A DNA stretch of 64,000 nucleotides, taken from NCBI GenBank assembly GCA_041687695.1, contig JAWLBL010000036.1:1-64000 (forward strand), written 5' to 3'. This DNA comes from Myxococcota bacterium. GTDB lineage: Bacteria; Myxococcota_A; UBA9042; PHBI01; JAWLBL01. The translations under genes were made by a program, and so were the position numbers. Every line of letters starts with the position of its first letter. The first letter of the stretch is position 1. Below the pieces are notes generated by a model. That model did no database searches. It worked only from the letters and a program-made list of their open reading frames with translations, and was not told the DNA's origin. Shown in pieces: positions 28,931-38,600 of the stretch.

Positions 28931-31900
28931 TCAGGGCTCGGCGACGAGGCGGCGGGCGTCGGTGAGGGCGGAGGCCGCGAGGTCGGGGGGGATGGAAGGG
29001 GACTGGGAGAGGGCGTGGGTGCGCAGGAGGGTGGTGGCGAGGTCGGGGGTGATGTGGCCCGAGGGGAGGAGGTCGGAGTAGAGCCAGACGGCGAGGCTCG
29101 AGCGGTCGGGCAGGGTGGACTGGCCGGCGCGGTGGGCCAGGGCGGCGGTCATGGCGGTGGTGAGGAGGTCGAGGGCCTCGGTGGGGTGGTCGGGGAGGAG
29201 GGCCTCGGCGGCGTGGAGCTTGCGGCGGGCGAGCGCGGCGAGCGGGGGCTCGGTCTGGGGGGCGGTGGGGCGGGACCAGGCCTCGCGGGTCTGGGCGAAG
29301 GCGGCGCCGGCGACGCGGGTGAGGGCGGCCCAGGTGCGGCCGTCGAGGACCGCGACCGGGATGGGGCCGGCGAGGGCCTCGGCCTGGGCGACGAGGTCGG
29401 GGGTGGCGACGTCGATCAGGGCGACGAGGCCGGCCTGGGTGACGAGGAGGCGCTCGAGGTGGGCGCCGAGGACCTCTTGCAGGGCCTGGACGAGGGGGGC
29501 GAGGGACTCGTCCGGGGCCTCTGGGGGCTCGGGCGAGAGCGGGGCGACCAGGGTGTCGTCGACCGCCGGGGCGGGATCGAGGGTCGGGATCGCCACGGCT
29601 GGCGGGTCGTCCGACTCGCCGCCCGGGTGCGGGGCCGGGGTGTCGCCGAGGGCCTCGAGGGCGACCGCGAGGGCGCGGGGGGAGAGGCCGACGACGTCGT
29701 CGGTCGCCTCGGGCTCGACGGCCGCGGTGAAGAGGTCGCGCTTGGTGGCGATGAGGGCGGCGACGCGCTCTTCGTACGACTCGGCGGCGACGAGGTGGAT
29801 GATCTGGACCGGCTCGCGCTGGCCGAGGCGGTGGATGCGGGCGATGCGCTGGCCGAGGGTGGCCGGGTTGTACGGCAGCTCGAGATTGACCAAGACCGTG
29901 GCACATTGGAGGTTGAGGCCCGTGGCGCCGGCGTCGGTCGAGAGGAAGACCTGGCACTCGGGGTCGTCGTGGAAGCGGCCGATGAGGGCGCCGCGAGCGC
30001 TGGTCGGGACGCCGCCGTGCAGGCGGGCGACGCCCAGGTTCAGCGAGCGCGCGACCTCTTCGGCCATGTGGGTCATGCGCTCCCACTGCGAGAAGACGAC
30101 GATCTTCTTGCCGCCGTCGACGCAGACCTCTTCGAGGATGCGGGCCAGCTCGTCGAGCTTGGGCGAGCCGACGGTCTCCTTGTCGACGAGGCCGGCGGCG
30201 TTGCAGGCCATGCGGGCGGTCTGCAGGGCGCTCAGGAGCAGCTTCTCTTCGATGGGGGTGAGGGGACGGCGGAGCTGGATCTGTTGGTATTGCTGGGCGG
30301 TCTGCAGGGCGGCGTTGTGCAGGGTGCGCTGCTTGGCGCTGAGGGCGATCTCGATGCGCTGCTCGATCTTGTCGGGGAGCTGGTCGCGGACCAGGCGCTT
30401 GTCGCGGCGCAGCATGACGGGCGCGAGGCGGCGGCGCAGCTCGGAGAGGTTGCGGTAGCCGAGGGCCTTGCCGCGCTCGTCGGTGACGTGGAAATGGGCC
30501 ATGAACTGCCAGAGCGGCCCGAGGACGCGCGGGTCGACCACCTGCATGACGCTGTAGAGGTCTTCGAGGCGGTTTTCGAGCGGGGTGCCGGTCAGGACGA
30601 AGGCGTAGCGGCTGGGGATGGCCTTGACGGCGCTGGCGGTGCGGGTGCGCCAGTTCTTGATGCGCTGGGCCTCGTCGAGGATGACGAGATCGGGGGCGAG
30701 GTCGTTGGCGATGGCCTCGCGGTCGCGGAGGACCAGCTCGTAGTTGACCAGGGTGAAGGCGGGGCGGCGGCGATATTGGGCCAGGCGCGGGGCGACGCCG
30801 CCCTGGACGATCTCGGCGTCGAGGCCGGTGAAGCGTTGGATCTCGCGGGCCCACTGGAACTTGAGGGAGGCGGGGCAGACGATGAGGGTGTGGGCGACGC
30901 CTTCGCGGTCCATCAGGGTGCGGGCGGCGGCGATGGCCTGCAGGGTCTTGCCGAGGCCCATGTCGTCGGCGAGGAGGGCGCGGCCGGTGGCGGCGAGGAA
31001 GGCGACGCCCTCGACCTGGTAGGGGTACAGGCGCGCGCGGACGCCGGGGAGGTGGCCGCCGGAGCGGAGGATGTCGTCGCGCAGCGAGCGGGCGCGGGCG
31101 GCGTGGGCAAGGTCTTCGGCGAGGCGGCGGGCGTGGGCGGCGGCGTCTTCGGCGATGTGGACGTCGGGGAGGAGTGCCAAGGCGCGCTCGGCGTGGAAGA
31201 AGGCGTCGGGGAGGGAGCCGCGGAGGGCGCCGCGGGCGTCGAAGTGGCGGTCGAGGGCGGCGGCGGTGGCGGGGGCGAGGGGGTCCTGCCGGTGGACGCG
31301 GATCTCGGGTCCGTGGGCGGCGTCCCAGGCGACGTAGACGACGGAGGGACGGGTGTCGGCGGCCTTGGCGTCGCCCTTGCGGCGGCCCCCCTTGGCGAGC
31401 TTGTGGAGGACGGCCTCGATGTGCTTGCAGGTGCCGAGGCGGTTGGTGGCGAAGTCGGGGCAGGAGCAGGCGTTCATGCGCTGGGTGCGCGAGCGGATGT
31501 GGACCGTGTAGGGACGCAGCGACGCGCCGCTGGGGGCGAGCGAGCGGGCGGACCAGGTGCCGAAGTCGACGGCGCCGGCGACGTGCTCGACGATGACCTC
31601 GGTGCGGGCGCGTTGGACGCGCTCCGCGATGGCCTGCTCGGCGGCGCTGGCGGCGTGGCCGTCACCCGCCGCGTGGCGCGCGGCGTAGGCGGCGAGGACG
31701 GCGATGCCGTGCTTGCAGGACGGCTCGAGGTCGGCCTCCCACTCGGCGCAGCCGCAGGTGATGGTCAGCTCTCCCTCGCCGCGGCCGATCTCGACCAGGT
31801 ACGGCAGGCCGAGTTGGGAGCCCTCGACGTGGGCCCACACGCGCTCGGCGTCCCAGCCGAGGTCGGTCACGCGGTGCTCGGCGTAGTAGGCGAGGCCGCG

Positions 31901-31990
31901 CTGGACGACGGCCTCGGAGGCGAGGGCACGCAGCGCCTCGGAGTCCAACAGGAACGGGTCCGCCCGAACGCCCTCGACCGCCGCCGCCAT
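28931..31990 (-). CDS. SNF2-family helicase with two SWIM zinc fingers
   Basis: CGC...CKH and CSC...CKH SWIM motifs; ADDMGLGKT, DEAQ, LTGTPLEN, STDAGATGLNLQ, QRIARIHRLGQ. Confidence 0.93.
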   Translation of the reverse strand: MAAAVEGVRADPFLLDSEALRALASEAVVQRGLAYYAEHRVTDLGWDAERVWAHVEGSQLGLPYLVEIGRGEGELTITCGCAEWEADLEPSCKHGIAVLAAYAARHAAGDGHAASAAEQAIAERVQRARTEVIVEHVAGAVDFGTWSARSLAPSGASLRPYTVHIRSRTQRMNACSCPDFATNRLGTCKHIEAVLHKLAKGGRRKGDAKAADTRPSVVYVAWDAAHGPEIRVHRQDPLAPATAAALDRHFDARGALRGSLPDAFFHAERALALLPDVHIAEDAAAHARRLAEDLAHAARARSLRDDILRSGGHLPGVRARLYPYQVEGVAFLAATGRALLADDMGLGKTLQAIAAARTLMDREGVAHTLIVCPASLKFQWAREIQRFTGLDAEIVQGGVAPRLAQYRRRPAFTLVNYELVLRDREAIANDLAPDLVILDEAQRIKNWRTRTASAVKAIPSRYAFVLTGTPLENRLEDLYSVMQVVDPRVLGPLWQFMAHFHVTDERGKALGYRNLSELRRRLAPVMLRRDKRLVRDQLPDKIEQRIEIALSAKQRTLHNAALQTAQQYQQIQLRRPLTPIEEKLLLSALQTARMACNAAGLVDKETVGSPKLDELARILEEVCVDGGKKIVVFSQWERMTHMAEEVARSLNLGVARLHGGVPTSARGALIGRFHDDPECQVFLSTDAGATGLNLQCATVLVNLELPYNPATLGQRIARIHRLGQREPVQIIHLVAAESYEERVAALIATKRDLFTAAVEPEATDDVVGLSPRALAVALEALGDTPAPHPGGESDDPPAVAIPTLDPAPAVDDTLVAPLSPEPPEAPDESLAPLVQALQEVLGAHLERLLVTQAGLVALIDVATPDLVAQAEALAGPIPVAVLDGRTWAALTRVAGAAFAQTREAWSRPTAPQTEPPLAALARRKLHAAEALLPDHPTEALDLLTTAMTAALAHRAGQSTLPDRSSLAVWLYSDLLPSGHITPDLATTLLRTHALSQSPSIPPDLAASALTDARRLVAEP

Positions 31991-32095
31991 CGCCGCCCTC
32001 CCCTGCCCTGCGCGGGCCTCGTCGACGGCGGGATTCGTAACATGGGTGCGGGGTTGGGGCTATGGGTTCGGAAGGAGCCCGCACGGCCCATGCGT

Positions 32096-32512
32096 TCAGA
32101 TGGGTAGGCCGAGCTCCCGGGCCGCCTGGATCTGCGCCAGGTCTCGGCTGACGAAGCGCTTCAGTGGATCGCGGTCGTGGAACCAGCGAGCCGTGCGGAG
32201 GTGCACGAGATCCAGGGACCGGGGGGTGCTGACGACGGGCATCAGGTCGGATCGACAGAGGTCGAGGGTCAGGTCCCGCAGCTCGAACGTCTCCATGTCG
32301 TGGGCGAGGCGCTCGAGAGCGTCCTGCAGCTCGGACGGAGACAGGATGGACTGGCGCGCCAACCGGACCAGGTTCCGTTGCGCCTCGAGCACCAGGAGCG
32401 AACTCGACACGAGGACCTGCTCCCTGAGTTCGTCTCGGAGCTGGGCGCCGCCCGGCTCGTCGAGCAGGGTCGCCAGGTAGGCGGAGGTGTCGAGATAGCA
32501 CCTACCGGTCAT
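32096..32512 (-). CDS. vapC: VapC-family PIN toxin
   Basis: YLDTSAYL, VLEA, RSLDLVHLRTA, FVSRD. Confidence 0.88.
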   Translation of the reverse strand: MTGRCYLDTSAYLATLLDEPGGAQLRDELREQVLVSSSLLVLEAQRNLVRLARQSILSPSELQDALERLAHDMETFELRDLTLDLCRSDLMPVVSTPRSLDLVHLRTARWFHDRDPLKRFVSRDLAQIQAARELGLPI

Positions 32513-32747
32513 CCGCGCGATCCTCCGCGAGGGCGTCGCTCAGACCGGGACGGCCCTTCAGGCCCGGCAAGGGGGCCAGATCGGCCTGGCCGACCCTCTC
32601 GCCGACGTGGACGGAATCGGGCGCAGCGGGCAACAGCTGAGCGACGGGGCGGCGGTGCCTGGTGATCACGATGCGCTCGCCCTGCGAGGCTGCGTCGACG
32701 AGGGCCGCGAGGTTTCGCTTCAGGTCATGGATGGGAACCGTTCTCAT
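32502..32747 (-). CDS. Phd/YefM-family antitoxin
   Basis: MRTVPIHDLKRNLAALVDAASQGERIVITRHRRPVAQL; overlaps the toxin start. Confidence 0.9.
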   Translation of the reverse strand: MRTVPIHDLKRNLAALVDAASQGERIVITRHRRPVAQLLPAAPDSVHVGERVGQADLAPLPGLKGRPGLSDALAEDRADDR

Positions 32748-32763
32748 GGAGATATGGTACCAA
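32748..32763 (-). promoter_or_regulatory. extended -10 (TGGTACCAT) 6 nt before ATG, overlapping the palindrome TGGTACCA (candidate antitoxin operator)
   Basis: TACCAT-N6-ATG on the minus strand; 8-bp perfect palindrome at 32756-32763. Confidence 0.5.
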
Positions 32764-32846
32764 CACCGGGGCTGAACGCAATCACCCCACACGGCTTCAG
32801 TCGTCCCCCGCTTCCAAGGGGGCGCGAGGTCGAGTAGGGTTCGCGC

Positions 32847-34355
32847 GTGTTCGGGGCCGGGCAAACAGCGCTCGCGGGTGAGCGCCTTGAACTCTTCGCG
32901 TTCGCGACCGCGCCGGACCGGGTGATCTACCTGTGGGTGCTGCGCGCGTTCGAGCGGGCCAAGCAGCGCTACGACGTGCGGCTGGGGCCGTCGGCGGTGG
33001 CGGCCGAGCTGGACGCGCTGAGGGCCGAGCACGCCGAGGTGCCGCACCCGTCCAACCTGGCGGGGTCGCTGGACGCGCTGGTCGGCTGGGGCGTGCTGGA
33101 CCGCTCGCAGGACGCCGGGCGCGCGCGCACGCTGGCCGAGTACCGCCAACGCAGCAGCATCTACGAGCTGACCGAGCTGGGGTGGCTAGCCTTCCAGGCC
33201 GTCGAGGGCGTCCTGGGCGCCCGGCCCGACGAGGCCGAGCTGCGCCGCCTGGTCTTCACGGCCGTGCTCGAAGACCTGCGCGGGCTGGCCGACGCCGCGC
33301 GCGCCCGCGACGCCGAGCAGGTCAACATCAAGCTGGACCGCATCCACAACGCGCTCGAGGACCTGACCCGCCGCGCCAGCCGCTTCCACCTGGCGCTCGG
33401 CGAGCTGATGCGCACCCAGGAGACCCGCCCCGAGGTCTTCCTCGAGCACAAGGACCGCCTGCTGGTCCACCTGCGCGAGTTCCTCCAGGCCCTCCAACAG
33501 CACCGCCCGCTGCTCGCCGCCGCCGTCCGCGACGTCGAGGCCGTCGGCGTGGACACCGTCTGCGACCTGGCCGCCGCCGCCGACGGCCCGGTCGCCTCGA
33601 CCCGCGCCGAACGCACCGAACTCTGGCGCGCCCGCTGGCGCGGCATCGCCGCCTGGTTCGTCGGCGGCGCCACCCCCTCGACCTGCGAGCGCCTCGACGC
33701 CGGCACCGCCCTCGCCATCCGCGAGCTCGCCGCCCTCCTCCGCCGCGTCACCGAGGCCCGCCACCGCGGCGTCAGCCGCGCCACCCAGCTCGAGCTCCTC
33801 GCCGAGTGGTTCGCCGCCGCCCCCAGCGACGCCCACGCCCACGCCCTCTTCCGCGCCGCCTTCGCCCTCCCCGCCCCCCGCCACCTCTCCGTCATGCACC
33901 CCGACCCCGACCTCGTCCGCCCCGGCGAGCGCTGGTCCGTCGCCCCGCCCGTCCCCGTCTCGACCACCCTCCGCGCCTACGGCCGCCAGGTCGGCAGCCC
34001 CGGCCGCCCCGCCCCCCTCCCCGAGCGCCGCGCCGCCCGCCGCCTCGCCCGCGAACGCCAGGACGCCGCCCGCCTCGCCTCACGCACCGCCCAGGCCACC
34101 CTCGCCGCCAGCCCCCTGGGCGACCGCGTCCTCACCCGCCCCGAGCTGGCCGTCCTCCTGCGCCTCGTCAGCCGCGCCCTCGAGGCCCGCGTCCCCGTCT
34201 CGGCCGACCTCACCGGCCCGCTCTCGGACGTCCGCCTGGACCGCCTGCGCCTGCGCCTCACCCCTTCGCCCGACGACACCGTGGTCCGCACCGAAGACGG
34301 CCTCCTGGTCCTGACCGGCGTCGCCCTCGACGTCCAGCCCGTGCCCGCCTCATGA
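32847..34355 (+). CDS. jetA: Wadjet type II JetA (TIGR02677/DUF2397 family)
   Basis: LDALVGWGVL...ARTLAEYRQRSSIYELTELG; FLEHKDRLLVHLREF; first of four translationally coupled genes. Confidence 0.88.
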   Translation: MFGAGQTALAGERLELFAFATAPDRVIYLWVLRAFERAKQRYDVRLGPSAVAAELDALRAEHAEVPHPSNLAGSLDALVGWGVLDRSQDAGRARTLAEYRQRSSIYELTELGWLAFQAVEGVLGARPDEAELRRLVFTAVLEDLRGLADAARARDAEQVNIKLDRIHNALEDLTRRASRFHLALGELMRTQETRPEVFLEHKDRLLVHLREFLQALQQHRPLLAAAVRDVEAVGVDTVCDLAAAADGPVASTRAERTELWRARWRGIAAWFVGGATPSTCERLDAGTALAIRELAALLRRVTEARHRGVSRATQLELLAEWFAAAPSDAHAHALFRAAFALPAPRHLSVMHPDPDLVRPGERWSVAPPVPVSTTLRAYGRQVGSPGRPAPLPERRAARRLARERQDAARLASRTAQATLAASPLGDRVLTRPELAVLLRLVSRALEARVPVSADLTGPLSDVRLDRLRLRLTPSPDDTVVRTEDGLLVLTGVALDVQPVPAS

Positions 34356-35668
34356 CGAGCCGCCCCGCCCTGCCCGACCTCGACCTCCCCGCCTACCAGC
34401 GCGCCGCACGCCTCTTGCTGACCCACCGCGTCCTGACCGCCGCCTGGCCCGACCCCGACGCCCTCCCCCTCGTCCGCCGCTTCGCCGCCGACCTCGACCG
34501 CGACCTCGACGCCCTCGCCGCCCTGCGCCTCGTCACCACCCCCGGCGGCGCCCGCCTCGTCGGCCCCGCCGACCACCTCGACCCCTTCGCCGGCCCCGAC
34601 CTCGACCGCCGCCGCTACGCCCTGCTCGCCCTCGCCCTCGCCGTCCTCGAGCGCTCGGGCCTGCAGGTCACGCTCTCCGACCTGTCCGCCCGCCTCCGCC
34701 CCGCCGCCGAAGCCATCGCCGGCCTCGGCTTCGACCCCGACCGCCACGCCCACCGCCGCGACTTCTGCGTCGCCGTCGAGTGGCTGGTCACCCGCGGCGC
34801 CCTGCGCCTGACCGACGGCTCCCTCGAGGGCTGGCGCCGCGGCGACCCCGACGGCGAGGCCCTGTACGACATCGACCGCGACGTCTGCCGCCTGCTCTTC
34901 CACCCGCCGGCCGCCCTGCACGAGCTGGGCTCGGCCGCCCGCCTGCTGACCGCCCCGCCCGCCGACGACGCCGCCCGCGACACCCGCCGCCTCGCCACCC
35001 GCCAGCGCCTGGTCCGCGCCCTGCTCGAGCAGCCCGCGCTCTACCTCGACGACCTGACCGACCTCGAGCGCCGCCACCTGCAGACCGAGGCCGCCGAGAT
35101 CGCCCGCGACGTCGAGCGCCTCACCGGCGCCCACGTCGAGCGCCGCCGCGAGGGCCTGGCCCTCATCGACCCGGGCGCCCGCCACGCCGGCCCGCGCTTT
35201 CCGCAGGGCGGCTCGGACGTGCAGTGCGCGCTGCTCCTGGGCGACTGCATCCTGCGCTTCATCGCCGGCGACGACGCCCGCGAGCAGGTCCGCGTCCCGA
35301 CCCGCGCCGAGCTCACCCAGTCGCTGGTCCGCGAGCTGGACGACGCCCTGCCGCCCCGCGCCCTAGACCCCGAAGCCGCCCTCGACCGCGCGCCGCCGGA
35401 CGCGCAGGCCACGCTCCCGCTGGTCCCCGCCGCCTTCCTCGCCGCCGAGGCCGAGCGCCTCCGCGTCGAATATGCCGCCCATCTCCGCGCCGATCTCCAG
35501 GGCGACTCGGCCGCCCTCCTGGCCGCCGCCCTGCGCGTCCTGACCGAGTTCGACCTGGTCCGCCCCGTCCCCGGCGGCCTCGTCGCCATGCCCGCCCTCG
35601 CCCGCTACCGCGAGGTCGCCGTCCGCCGCGCCGCTGCTCCGCTCCTCGACCTCCTGGACGCCCGATGA
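34352..35668 (+). CDS. jetB: Wadjet type II JetB (TIGR02678/DUF2398 family)
   Basis: RAARLLLTH, DRRRYALLALALA, RLVRALLEQPALY, ERRREGLALID, PALARY; ATGA overlaps. Confidence 0.88.
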   Translation: MTSRPALPDLDLPAYQRAARLLLTHRVLTAAWPDPDALPLVRRFAADLDRDLDALAALRLVTTPGGARLVGPADHLDPFAGPDLDRRRYALLALALAVLERSGLQVTLSDLSARLRPAAEAIAGLGFDPDRHAHRRDFCVAVEWLVTRGALRLTDGSLEGWRRGDPDGEALYDIDRDVCRLLFHPPAALHELGSAARLLTAPPADDAARDTRRLATRQRLVRALLEQPALYLDDLTDLERRHLQTEAAEIARDVERLTGAHVERRREGLALIDPGARHAGPRFPQGGSDVQCALLLGDCILRFIAGDDAREQVRVPTRAELTQSLVRELDDALPPRALDPEAALDRAPPDAQATLPLVPAAFLAAEAERLRVEYAAHLRADLQGDSAALLAAALRVLTEFDLVRPVPGGLVAMPALARYREVAVRRAAAPLLDLLDAR

Positions 35669-38600
35669 GCCCACCGACCCTCCAGCCTGCCGCACCGAAC
35701 GGCCGCTTCAAGCCGACCCGCGCCGGCATCATCAACGTCTGGGACTATGCCGACGAGACGTTCCAGTTCGCCGACGGGCGGCTGGTCCTGCGCGGCGCGA
35801 ACGGCTCGGGCAAGACCAAGGCGCTCGAGGTGCTGTTCCCGTTCGTGCTCGACGGGCGCATGGACCCGAGGCGCCTCGACCCCTTCAGCGGCGAGGCGCG
35901 CACCATGGCGTCGAACCTGCTGTACGGCGGGCGGACGTCGGCCTACGGGTACGTCTGGATGGAGCTGACGCGCCCGGGTCAGGGCGGCGCGGCGCCCGAG
36001 CGGGTGACCATCGGGGTGGGGCTGCAAGCGCGGCAGCACGCGACCGGGGTCGAGTCATGGTTCTTCGTGACCTCGCTGTCGCTGGGCGAGGGCTTCGGCC
36101 TGGTCGACGAAGAGCGGCGGCCCCTGACGCGGCAGGCGCTGACCAAGGCGCTGGGCGAGGCGCACGTGTTCCGCCGGGCGACCGACTATCGGCGCGCCAT
36201 CGACGCGCGGCTGTTCGGCCTGGGTGAAGAGCGTTACGAGGCGATGCTGGATCTCGTGCTGACCTTGCGCCGGCCGCAGCTGGCCAAGGACCTCGACCCC
36301 GAGCGGCTGTCGGCCATCCTGACGCAGGGGCTGCGGCCGCTCGACGACGGGCTGCTGGGCGAGATCGCGGCGGCCTTCGACGATCTGGAGGTCGTGCAGC
36401 AGCGCCTCGAGCAGTTCGAGCGGGCCGAGCGGGCCATCGACGAGGCGCTGGAGGCCTATCGGCAGTATCTACGCGCGCAGGCCAGCCAGCGGCTGTCGGT
36501 CTGGCGCGGCGAGGCGACGCGGCTGGACGCGGCGCGGACGCGCGAGGGCGAGCTGAGGGGCGCGCTGGCGCTGGCCGAGGCGGCGCGGGAGACCGAGGCC
36601 GGGGCGGTCGAGCGGCACGAGCGCGAGGTCGAGACCGCGCGGGCCGAGGCGACCGCGCTGGAGCAGAGCGAGGCGTTCAAGAACGTGGCGGCGCTGGAGC
36701 AGCTGGCGCAGCGGGCGGCCGAGGCGCGGGCGCGGGCGGACGCGGACGCCCGGGCGCTGGCGCGGACGCGAGACGAGCTGGCGCGGCGCGAGCGGCGGCG
36801 GGACGAGGCGCGGCAGGCCAGCGCGTCGCGTGAGCGCGAGGTGACGACGCTGGCGGCGCGGGTCGCCGAGGGCGCCGAGGCCGCGGGGGTGCTGTGGGAG
36901 GCGGCGCCGCTGGGCGAGGGCGAGGGCCGCGAGCGGCTGTCGGCGGGGCTGACCGCGCGCGACAGCGAGGTGCAGGCGGTGCGCGAGGCGCTGGCGCGGG
37001 CCGAGCGGGCCGCGGAGGCGCTGGAGCAGGCGGGGCAGCGAGTGGCGCAGGCCGAGGACGCCGAGGCGCGCGGGGCGCAGCGGCTGGAGGCGGCGGGCGC
37101 GCGGGCCGAGGAGGCGCGGGCGGCGCTGTTGGCGGCGGTCGAGGCGTGGGCCGCCGAGCGGGCGGCGGACCTGTTGGTGCCCGAGGACGTCCAGGCCTTG
37201 CGGGCGGCGGTGGCGCAGGTGGGCGAGCCGGACGCGCCGGGGCTGGACGCGGTGCTGCAGGCGCGGACCGAGGGGCTGCGCGAGGGGCTGGTCGCCGAGC
37301 GGACGCGGCTGTCGGCCGAGCGAACGCGGCTGCAGGGCGAGGTGAATCGGGTCGAGGCGCTGCGGGCCGAGATCGCGGCCGAGCGGGACGACGCGCCGGC
37401 TCCGCTGCCGTTCAGGCCGGCTCCGCGCGAGGGGCGGCCGGGTGCGCCGCTGTGGCGGCTGGTGCGCTTTCGCGAGGGGCTGTCCGTGGCCGAGCAGGCG
37501 GGGCTCGAAAGCGCGCTGGAGGCGGCTGGACTGCTGGACGCCTGGGTCGACCCCCAGCCGGCGGGGGACGGGGACGAGCGATTGGACGCGTTCGTCGAGG
37601 CGCGGGCGCCGGTCGCCGGGCCGACCCTGGCGGACGCGCTGGAGGTCGAGGACGAGCCGTCGGTGCCGGCCGCGCGGGTCGCCGCGATTTTGGCGAGCGT
37701 GCCGTTGGATGCGCTAGGCGCGGACGGGGTCGGGGTGACGGCGGCTGGGCGCTTTGGGCTGGGGCCGCTGCGGGGCGCGTTCCGGCGGGCCGAGCCGCAG
37801 TTCATCGGGGCGACGGCGCGGGCGGCGCGGCGGCGGCGGCGGCTGGCCGAGCTGGCGGCCGAGGCGCGCGGCCTGCAGGCCGAGCTGGGGCAGGTGCTGG
37901 CCGACTCGGCGGCCGTGGCGGGGCGGCTGGAGGCGCTGACGGCCGCGCGCAAGGCGCTACCGGGCGCGGGGGCGCTGACGGCCGCGTTGAAGGCGGTAGA
38001 GCGTGCCGCGGGTGAGCTGAGCGCGCTGCGGCGGGCGACCGAGGAGGCCAAGGCGCACAAGGACCGGCAGCAGCGCGAGCTGAACGAGCGGCGGCGCGCG
38101 CTGGCCGAGGCGGCGCGCGAGCGGCGGACGCCCAGCGACCGCGCCGGGCTGGACGCCTTGGGCGAGCGCCTGGCCGCGACGCGGCGCGACCTGGAGGGGT
38201 TGGAGCGGGCGGTCGACGCGCTGGCCGCGGCGGTACGGCGCGCCGAGGAGGCCACGGCCGACCACGCGCGGCAGGCCGAGGCGACCCGCGCGGCGGCGGA
38301 GGCGGCGGCGGGGTCGGAGGGCAACGCCGAGGAGCGCGAGGCGCAGCTGGCCTCGCTGCGGGCGACCGCCGGGGCCGACGCGGACGCGGTGCTGCGAGCG
38401 CTGGAGGCCGCCCGGTGCGCCGGTGAGGTCGCGGCGCAGGCCCTGAAGGCGGCCCGCGGGCGCGCCGAGAGGGCCAGCAACGAGGCGGCCGGGCTGGCGG
38501 CCTCGCTCGAGGCGCAGCGGCAGACGCTCGCCCAGGCGCTGCAGGCCGAGGCCGCGGCGCGCGAGGCCCTGGCGGTCTTCACCCGCAGGCACGTCGCCGA

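Noticed and set aside
34780..35664. N-terminal extensions of jetC (and of jetB, jetD, the kinase and the Cys-rich lipoprotein) in the ORF track
   Set aside because: They overlap upstream genes; the true starts are at ATGA/GTGA overlaps or RBS-supported codons.
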